Source: Barthelona sp. PCE (Eukaryota). From it: a stretch of 64,000 nt of DNA. Below the pieces are notes generated by a model that did no database searches, was not told where the DNA came from, and saw nothing but the letters and a program-made list of their open reading frames with translations. The DNA lies in contig JAUFOR010000008.1 in the NCBI GenBank assembly GCA_040285745.1, positions 1,116,001 through 1,180,000 of the forward strand, read 5' to 3'. Shown here piece after piece: positions 54,801 through 61,332 of the stretch (its first letter is position 1; each line of letters begins with the position of its first letter). The translations under genes were made by a program, and so were the position numbers.

Positions 54801-57800
54801 CTTGAATGATATGACGTCATCATTCACGAATGAAGATGATAAGAATAGACCACGGTATAACTCCACGCTTTCCATCATACGCGTTGTTGACAGTTCACCA
54901 AGTCTATTGAGCGATGTAAACCACTCCTTAAAGAGTATGGAGAGAACTTCGTTGGAGCTCCACTCAACAGCTTGTTTTGCATTGAACCACAACTGACTGA
55001 GATCAACGATTCGCGAGACTGAGAGTCTTTGCATGACATTCGCGATCACAGATGAGCATTGTGAGCAGTAGGAAGAGAAGAGAGTGAAGTCAGTAAAGCA
55101 TTTAGACACAATGGTCTTGAATAAATCTTCATTCCAATTCTCTAAAAGACTAGCGTTTGTGAAAAGAGTGAATGGATTAGCATTTGAGTAGTCAATGACA
55201 CCAACTGAGCGCTGGACTAAAACTGTGTATTGTTCAATGTCGGTAACATCGTCCAATATCCTAATTTTTTCAAAGTGCGAAAAGATCGACTCACTGCATG
55301 TATGCTTGATTGCATCAGCTAGGGACACCATTTTGTTGACAAGAGCAAGGTCTGTAGTAGTTTTGTGATGAATTAACGTATCCAAATTAGTTTCCAGCGA
55401 CATTGGTAACACTGCATCATTGAAAGAAAAGAATACCAATAAAGACTTTAAGTCCTCGACGACAGTTTCACTGATTTTCTTTTCTACCATCCACCCGACA
55501 ACAACCTTGGCGAAAGCAACGACTGTGCTCTGCGTGGGTATGGAAAAAGTTCTGAGTTTTGAAAAAGCTGAAATAACATCGATAATATCACGCTCACCTC
55601 TACAATACATGTCAGGGTTTGTTACTTCATCGTAAATCAGCTGACATGTCTCATCGTTGAATATGTTGACAGCAATCTTGAGTGGTGAAAGCATTGTGAT
55701 GAGTTTCATCAGTTTGATAAAAACATCTGCATCTGGCAATACTTTTAAGAATTCGTTGAAAACAAGGTGTCCATCATCATGACAGAATTGTAGGAATCGT
55801 TCGAGATCAATGATGCTGCTTGAAAGAAGATTTTCCAAGAAAATTAGGATAGGTTCTCTGAAAAGAACTGGTTTGCTGCACAAAACCTTGATGTAGGCCG
55901 CGATCAGGCCAACAGATGTGCTCTCATACACAAAACTTGGATCAACAAAGTCCATAAAGATAATATTGTTGGCTACAGACAGTACTTGCTCGGTATCGAA
56001 TTCTCGATCCAGTCCGCGTTGGAGCGCGCGATATAGTGTGTCGAAACTAATGTCAGTTTCATTATAGACCAGATCATTTCTACTGTTATAGACGTACTTG
56101 TTGAGTAGAAGTATTACGTCGAGCATTTCATTGCTTAAGGCAGTGAAGTTATCACAGTTCTTATCGCACACGGATAATACTGTGAGCAACTGATTGGGCT
56201 CAATGACGCTATCAAGGTTAGGCTGGGACAAAACCTTTTCCTTTGCATAAGCCAACATCTCAAAAGCAACAACTGAAAGGATGCTGTTTTTCGAAACGTT
56301 CATGAGATCACACTGCTCCAGAACAGCAATCAGACGTTGAATGATGGTTAAGAAGTCGGTGTGCATTAGCGTATTCTTCGAATAAAAGTAATAGAGGAAC
56401 TCAGGGATACTATCCGTGATACAATCTGTGTAATATTCGCTGACCTCTGACGAAAAGGCTTTCTGCTCGATTTTGTTCATACGTATGAATGTATCAAGAC
56501 AGTACAGAAGTGATAGACCGCCAACATCATTGATTGTATCAAAATGCTGTAGCGCTGAAGACAAAAGTTGGAAAACTTTTGCATTGGGAGTGTATTTAGT
56601 TTCAACTGTGACTGGTTGATCGAAAACAGTGGTTGTGGTGACAGCAAAATACAGAAGATTGATTGTGAAGAGCAGGTACTCATGATGTGTTTTGACATTT
56701 TGCAAAAACACAACAAGAAGAGTCTCAAATAACTCGTCAAGTAAGGCGCAGTTTTGTGTCATGGCGCCGATCAAAAGGTTGTGGGAGACTGTGTTGTTGA
56801 ACACGAAGCAAATCAGGAGCTTGGTCACATCTGACAACGTAGCTAAATCAAGCGGGTACTGAGATACATACAAGAGGTTGGTGAAACAACCATTGAATAT
56901 CAGCGAGTCAGCATCAACACAGACACGGGTACTCATTAAAGAAAGAACTGGTTCCATAACGTGTGGGAAGGGGAAGGTGACCATGACTGGGAACAGACGG
57001 CGGTTGTGGCCCAGGCCCCATAGGAGGCTGGATACAGTCCTCTCTTCGACCATTATCGGTGAAAGATCAAGTGTTTCAATGAAAGGTAATAAAGCAATGA
57101 CACGGAAACGGAAATTGATCAATTTAGACCATTTAGCATCGGTAAACAGACCGTTCTTTGCAACTGTCAGGTGCTTGAGAGATGTGAAGTGAGGTAAAAC
57201 ACTTAATAAATGATCAAAATTGAAGAAATTGCTGTGAAGCTCCAATGTCTCAATATTCTTTGCTACAGACGATTCTTTAGTATTCTTGATGGTACTCACA
57301 CGATTAGCGTTCAGTTTAATAATCTTCAGGTTATCAGAGAATAGTTCGTCCAAAACAGAAAAATCTACCGTGGTTATCACGTTGGCAGATATATCAATTT
57401 CATTGACCATTGCTCTGTACGAAGCATCGATGCTTGATAACACTCCTATGTTACTGATTGAATTGTGTGATAAGGATAACTGCCATTGTGTAACGGTGGA
57501 AGCTTTGCTCATAATTCGCTGTAAAATCTCCTGAGTAAGGCGAGATATGTTTGATCTACGTGATTCACGTCTGTTAAATAGTTCATTGTAATTTGTAAAT
57601 AACTGGTTTACCCATATCGGCTCTTGAAGCTGCAGTGTATTATGATCGAAGGGTTTGATCTGCTTGAGCATGAATATGAGCAAATTCAATGCATCATTTT
57701 TGGTAAGATCGAAGTATTCTGCTACTTTTTCCAAAATCGATGGGAATTGGGTCATTTCAAAGTGAGTTTCTTGATTTGCAAGCAGCTTTTCCGTGAACAA

Positions 57801-58463
57801 ACTGCATAATTCGTTAAATTGAAGAAGTAAATTATTCTTTAAATCGTGATAGACTTGATTGAGGTTCTGATTACCAATTACGCTTTGATTATTGAGAATA
57901 CGGAAGCAATGAACATTGAAGCTGATGAGATTGTTGAGGTACTCGAACATTTGTTTGTCTCTACGATTATATATTGTGTAAAGTAAAGATAATAAACTGT
58001 TAAAAGTATCCAAGGACTCAATATCTGGAAATACCAATCTGAAATTCTGAATCTGGGTTGAGATTGTGATGCACTGCTCCTGGTAGTCAGGGGAGATACT
58101 GATCAGATCAGCAAAATGAATTTTCTTTATAACTCGCTCAAAAACAAGTACCAGTAAGCCCGGATATATAAGAACTACGGTATCTAGCTCCTTATATAAG
58201 GCTCGTTTGACGCTCCAACGTGTCAGTTTTAGATCAAAACGAGCATTTTGGATATCGTCGAATGTGTAATTATTCGTTAAAAGCTTTAAAATTAGCGTAT
58301 TCAACGAGCTGGCATCAGACGAATGCCCGTATATGCTTAATGCACAGTCTTTTATGTCCAAAACATTATCATCACTCTTAAGCAATTGTTTGAGTAACGA
58401 ATGATTGATTCTGGGCAAGATGGCATCCTCCTTGATGTGGTGATTGCCCGATGAAATGTCCAT
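48897..58463 (-). CDS. Giant 3188-aa protein: PH-like region, LRRs with LRR cap, long ARM/HEAT-like solenoid, C-terminal coiled coil
   Basis: LSLSHNSI, IDISANVI, LELHSN, LTVAKN, FRFRVIALLPFIETLD. First ATG 58463; the tracked TTG start lies inside the transposon TIR. Confidence 0.85.
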   Translation of the reverse strand: MDISSGNHHIKEDAILPRINHSLLKQLLKSDDNVLDIKDCALSIYGHSSDASSLNTLILKLLTNNYTFDDIQNARFDLKLTRWSVKRALYKELDTVVLIYPGLLVLVFERVIKKIHFADLISISPDYQEQCITISTQIQNFRLVFPDIESLDTFNSLLSLLYTIYNRRDKQMFEYLNNLISFNVHCFRILNNQSVIGNQNLNQVYHDLKNNLLLQFNELCSLFTEKLLANQETHFEMTQFPSILEKVAEYFDLTKNDALNLLIFMLKQIKPFDHNTLQLQEPIWVNQLFTNYNELFNRRESRRSNISRLTQEILQRIMSKASTVTQWQLSLSHNSISNIGVLSSIDASYRAMVNEIDISANVITTVDFSVLDELFSDNLKIIKLNANRVSTIKNTKESSVAKNIETLELHSNFFNFDHLLSVLPHFTSLKHLTVAKNGLFTDAKWSKLINFRFRVIALLPFIETLDLSPIMVEERTVSSLLWGLGHNRRLFPVMVTFPFPHVMEPVLSLMSTRVCVDADSLIFNGCFTNLLYVSQYPLDLATLSDVTKLLICFVFNNTVSHNLLIGAMTQNCALLDELFETLLVVFLQNVKTHHEYLLFTINLLYFAVTTTTVFDQPVTVETKYTPNAKVFQLLSSALQHFDTINDVGGLSLLYCLDTFIRMNKIEQKAFSSEVSEYYTDCITDSIPEFLYYFYSKNTLMHTDFLTIIQRLIAVLEQCDLMNVSKNSILSVVAFEMLAYAKEKVLSQPNLDSVIEPNQLLTVLSVCDKNCDNFTALSNEMLDVILLLNKYVYNSRNDLVYNETDISFDTLYRALQRGLDREFDTEQVLSVANNIIFMDFVDPSFVYESTSVGLIAAYIKVLCSKPVLFREPILIFLENLLSSSIIDLERFLQFCHDDGHLVFNEFLKVLPDADVFIKLMKLITMLSPLKIAVNIFNDETCQLIYDEVTNPDMYCRGERDIIDVISAFSKLRTFSIPTQSTVVAFAKVVVGWMVEKKISETVVEDLKSLLVFFSFNDAVLPMSLETNLDTLIHHKTTTDLALVNKMVSLADAIKHTCSESIFSHFEKIRILDDVTDIEQYTVLVQRSVGVIDYSNANPFTLFTNASLLENWNEDLFKTIVSKCFTDFTLFSSYCSQCSSVIANVMQRLSVSRIVDLSQLWFNAKQAVEWSSNEVLSILFKEWFTSLNRLGELSTTRMMESVELYRGLFLSSSFVNDDVISFKDQPWLKATISSLLDLQADCEGEEQAAVFMFVVALSKAFGSLIPNIFYEELFNHETVSDQLLNIGAFAYIEEIMHSSSLLQPIFWDSCFVVMEAANRDQDSDYTAFMVESILQVGFQLLQLEICPVTERKDMLLELIRTFISISTLSTVVFLQSYLNQLISKFDDIFFSDREEVINLFIDLLFGEFKQHHGQIEKYIFNILTQIGGYNSRCVGSKLDKLCSLLKSDNCTEYTTEYIAVLFRNVVFNEAEKDSDFKTIVDQNEVVESLLKLDTNVFKKFKLINSFTTLIKRSTIFHKSIVERFYTILEKLDLLGNSSIILDTVINQVQSILLIANQSNLIEFKLDLTRDFSTLIQFILCSNATNYDLVYNLIDSVFENLSTAERSELFENLMVLLDSTTENSLNYPILVARMLLLDFNDGLYDELFKNNRFSTLGRLSFNNIEGFFVKIFDLSIIDQLKTDNPEFLLSVFGFLSDTLNTSLVELCLSVTDLFSISVLQEAIDLDLLIDLVCSTHGRSTFSLLLDLVNIIIIDNGLLEPTQARKLLKRLMSVKGKDVSAIGYVRIGNMISSCLLEIEIDDSTLSIVLNLFFKYCGNMDSIKMIEKVVQILDETDFDEFLDEYYKLPDFMYVIDFLNLLHGNSEDLIGTTLSVLLRLVKHECFKSNAQNLIGLDLLFNAALSKAIEIPTLVETSCEFALALIGYLDNLTEDTYSHLAQLREHVCTIDIVFDVFFALVHRHVPPSSSPMLKDFIIELFTANPHTFIEMLEKTDGKWVSWLISDAFTAMLSHVSDFSEVELATIIGMMKSNSLFPLDLHTEIFPSTAVSVVGSSCNLLEGELVSDSQLLFVLHYVKYSNTPLSKSFFNLLCLLISTTFSLECFTLLLSIVGEIPTHFFVGSSIHGIIALHNSNFTADTWKLLITLALEKFADDDLDALVDCIDDIETNELIISLDIRTDNQLIEDPLTYLDKYPELALDLAIKYKTPIVVEIIKEHQHILYYPEFVKKFAEILLFSVPALKEEGWEGIPECLKSLLSHDVGFKDELVHLLFSETDLDTCNVDEIVQLAVNCGIVSVRVVDTILSSDAVTHNVLEYAAQCATMDTILDMSRLVSGRPSDRFFTYLTENDDIESESAIDLLAFIFAELDPLRERAADVPHSIISELPVYQVNSVTAPTFSYVSLMLEVFERTEQKENEAQFITNLNDVGFVQALLAFDWVDELCNQALVMHQLVFVLQRFAFMFNSLGQFNDAYFSALAVGKLLPIVATAQAQLMTSSNLIFSPVIILDAQKAVHLDDSMVELYSAAITKALLTMKDVSLTDFMGEHGEDIISLCDFNVISTSFKQQELLQLFNSTFVFLKEHDEGEHLRHLRLLNSLFDIIDLDQIRAEFNINSVFVEFTEWLSRYSSTAALQLVFDLLIREGFVTFFTKKTLLALLEILKIKPFNCVIVGTATVFKWHFTHSSPDLSLIVSATEAILVACSGVTEFTRSFNIVFDFILLVVRNSVLTCEDMRSLRVLGGLVLKNFCASSLFLFIELLNTIFVKPNGDELKTTLKTAAFTNGIISTLDKTLSKTITLEDVAVSTVNMLCQLVNESILDHVQINSTLLRLFDTALSSNRVRFEFVDLFISLSDKKSNMCLVSALGEKSIIQLISFLQTHCSLRLLVLIRRIVSSNGDEYFLKNNGDKLLIRLFTNDDNRDEDVINAFVELFLLLLNRTDDEQTSESIKACLSNYFKKGIGSIVTARDSVAEKEVFIKNLQTDIHQKTESLSKKSETIERLEIENKELNDKLNSIGESNLIEENSHLKEQLEVLKTQRKDEEKKFLLMNDMIESIKGLHAKQVDSLTAEIDRLCDETEEQKSELKVLREEIQQEQSLWVKRSTMVSILTKFAKHSGLRLTSEDSVMIREYGNFVRKQQQNQKTAPKTEQPALNVPTQVKPRQSSPTMTRTPSMGMSGFFNTPSTSQISLSPPPIHQ

Positions 58464-58514
58464 GGCAGAAATAGGCCAGAAAAAAGGAGAAAAAAGAGAA
58501 AAACGTTTTTTTAC

Positions 58515-58647
58515 TAGGCTTTGCAAAAACAGATATAAATATTCCGGTGAAAGAAACTCGCGATTAGCGAGTTGTCCAATCTTTACTAATAATAGTAAAT
58601 AAAAAGATGTTTACAAGTGAATGTACTTACACCAGGTCGAAATTTTG
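58515..58647. repeat. Left terminal inverted repeat (133 bp)
   Basis: Base-by-base reverse complement of 59896-60028. Confidence 0.97.
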
Positions 58648-58778
58648 CATTTCGCCGGACTCTGGATTTTCAATCTTTTCTCTTTTATTAAATAAACCCC
58701 ATAACGAACAAGAACAGTCAACAATGAGGTGAACAATCATACTTATTCTGTGAAACAATGAAGTTTTCCTCATACTAC

Positions 58779-59843
58779 TTATTCAGCTTCCCTTTCTATA
58801 TTCATGGCTTTCTCAATATCCTCAATTGTTAGTGCTGCAACTGCACCTACTTCATGGTATAAAAACCAGTCAAATCGCAATTGGGTGGTAAGCAATTTTT
58901 GTTTGCATGTATGTGCAGTCTTTAACACCGAAAATCCACGCTCAACACATGCGTTGCTTGCAGGAACCGTCTTGTACTTGTTGACAATCTCTTGAATCAC
59001 ACTCAAACCAACCACATCTTCATGTTGGCAACCATAAATCAGCGCTGAGCGAATATCCCTCTCACGCAAACTCTGATCATCAAAATTAAACCTAAATGAT
59101 GATGATCTGGCGGCTGAAACAGGTGGTTCTGTTGCAAAAGGTGGTGGGCAATTTTCTCTTTCGATAAGGGATTGTATTTCATTCGTTTCATTCAAAAATT
59201 TAATAGGGGATGACCATCACTATCACTATTCTGCGCATTCAACACATCCTGCAAATTTTGAAGCTCTTAATTGCAAGAAAAAAAATCAGCACAAAAATTA
59301 GTACAAAGAAGTGAAATAATGTGAGCCCTAAACCTTTGTAATACCTAGGATGCCCAAACTGATAACTTAATTCTCTTTCAACACGTATTACATCAGTAAC
59401 AAGTGCATATGAGTGATCTTCAACAGCATACGGTTTTAAATCCTGTTTCCAGAACGAATATATCATCATACCTTTGATCAGCCAATGGAATGTGATCAGA
59501 ATAGGGTTTTACCGTGAAAATGAAAAGACTAACCATATGGGCTTGATTCTTGGTCAGTGATTTGCCTATTTCCATCTTAACCCGACTTTTGCCCTTAGCA
59601 TGGGAGTTGAATAACTCAAATGAGGATGAATGTGCAAAAACTCCATATTTTTCGGAAGTGAAGCTTTTCCTGCTTGCAAAACATCAGTTGTTGATGATGA
59701 AACGCTCAGTTGCATCTGTTCCAGTACTTTTTCTGTGCTGGATAGTGAAATACAAAGTGTTTTCAAAATATCTAGGTTTGCTTGCAACCTGAACAATCAA
59801 TTCCCCTCTGTACACGTATCTGGCTATGTTTGGCACCAATCAT
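58779..59843 (-). pseudogene. Fragmented hAT transposase
   Basis: C-terminal dimerisation motif TVPASNACVERGFS in ORF 58779-59195; upstream fragments with HPRY (like hAT LDPR), RW and CSGC...KHFVFH; in-frame stops and frameshifts. Confidence 0.8.
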
Positions 59844-59895
59844 GTAATTGTAGGAAAAGCGAAAAACGTGATCAAGGTGAAAAATGGATTTGAGT

Positions 59896-60028
59896 CAAAA
59901 TTTCGACCTGGTGTAAGTACATTCACTTGTAAACATCTTTTTATTTACTATTATTAGTAAAGATTGGACAACTCGCTAATCGCGAGTTTCTTTCACCGGA
60001 ATATTTATATCTGTTTTTGCAAAGCCTA
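59896..60028. repeat. Right terminal inverted repeat (133 bp)
   Basis: Reverse complement of 58515-58647. Confidence 0.97.
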
Positions 60029-60032
60029 TTTT

Positions 60033-61259
60033 TTACATAGAAGCCTCCAATACTTTTCTTTTCTCATAAAGCATATCTACTTGCTTGATAAATTCTTCGC
60101 TTACATTGTTGAAATTGCTCAAATCACGTTCAAAATTTGTGAAATTAAAGCATGTATTTTCTAAATCATCAACAAATATGTTAGCATTCGATATAAAGCC
60201 ATCAATGTCCTTATCGTATGCTGAAGACACTTCTTGAGCTTTTTCCTTGAAATGAGTGAATACAGTATCAATATGATCGAATTTCACACCATGTGACGTT
60301 AGTTCCTGATTTATCAACTCCATTATTTCCTCTTTGCTGGCCTTGTGCTTGATTAATTGATTGAAATCTTCGAAAGAACTGAATGCCTCTCGTATATTTT
60401 GCATTTCTGTGTATATTTCCTTAAAACCTTTCATAACATGTTTGATGTGCTCAAGGGTCATTGTTATAGATCTTCTTCTAATGATGTCAATGATAATGAT
60501 TCTTAAAACAGTAATTAAATACTTCATGCAAAGATCTGTTGTTATCTCAATCTTGTTAACCAGCTGCAAAAGTATGGGGGTGTACAAAGGGGAGCAATAC
60601 GCAACGCTATAGTCATCACATGCCTTTTTTAACTCTCCTCTGATACGATATAATAATGATTCATCCGTATCTTCTGCAGTTTGTAAGTGTAGCAGTTTGA
60701 GTACTTTTGTCATCATTAAATTTGATATATCGTTCTCAATTAATGACGTGTCAATGACACATGTTGAAAGAATTTCATCAATGGTTTTCGTAAATAATTC
60801 AAAAATTTCTGGATCTACAAAGGGAAAATGTGAGATTATATACTGATCTTTGTTAAAATCAAAGTCAGGGAAGCGAGGTATGACAGACTTATTCGTTGAG
60901 TCAATATCAACTTCAATACAAAGTGGTACAGGTTCGAAAGTAACGTCTTTTCTTGATTTTCTGCTTAATTTTGCGCTTTTCTCAAGCTGAACCTCTTGTC
61001 TCCTGATAGATTCGCTTTCTTTTTCCAAATGCTTTAAGGTAGATATATCATCGAATGAAAGGAGATCTTTCTCCTCAACAGAACTGTTTTCCAGCAGCTT
61101 CTTTTCGTCCCTACCAATGAAATAAAGGCCCTCAAGATGATCCATTAATTGTCCCATCGCAGCACTCGTTTCCGAGGAGTGCAAAAGTCTTGTCACTTCA
61201 ATTTCCAATTCTGGAGTTATTTTGTCTTTTATGTAAGCCGGTAATCTGTCCATTTTCAT
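60033..61259 (-). CDS. Hypothetical helical/coiled-coil protein, 408 aa
   Basis: Long ORF; its stop codon lies inside the transposon TSD; no family recognised. Confidence 0.8.
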   Translation of the reverse strand: MKMDRLPAYIKDKITPELEIEVTRLLHSSETSAAMGQLMDHLEGLYFIGRDEKKLLENSSVEEKDLLSFDDISTLKHLEKESESIRRQEVQLEKSAKLSRKSRKDVTFEPVPLCIEVDIDSTNKSVIPRFPDFDFNKDQYIISHFPFVDPEIFELFTKTIDEILSTCVIDTSLIENDISNLMMTKVLKLLHLQTAEDTDESLLYRIRGELKKACDDYSVAYCSPLYTPILLQLVNKIEITTDLCMKYLITVLRIIIIDIIRRRSITMTLEHIKHVMKGFKEIYTEMQNIREAFSSFEDFNQLIKHKASKEEIMELINQELTSHGVKFDHIDTVFTHFKEKAQEVSSAYDKDIDGFISNANIFVDDLENTCFNFTNFERDLSNFNNVSEEFIKQVDMLYEKRKVLEASM

Positions 61260-61332
61260 CGTTAAAGAATCATGAAAACAATATAGACTGTTTACGGTTT
61301 TTTTATCTATAACAGAATTCTGTTTGCACGTT

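Larger units (their letters stand above)
58515..60028 (-). mobile_element. Non-autonomous (internally deleted/decayed) hAT-type DNA transposon, 1514 bp
   Basis: Perfect 133-bp TIRs beginning TAGGCTTTGCAAAAAC; 8-bp TSD TTTTTTAC at 58507-58514 and 60029-60036; transposase remnant inside. Confidence 0.95.

Noticed and set aside
58464-58526. N-terminal 21 aa of the tracked 3209-aa ORF
   Set aside because: Begins at a TTG inside the transposon TIR and reads through the pyrimidine tract; ATG 58463 is the credible start.
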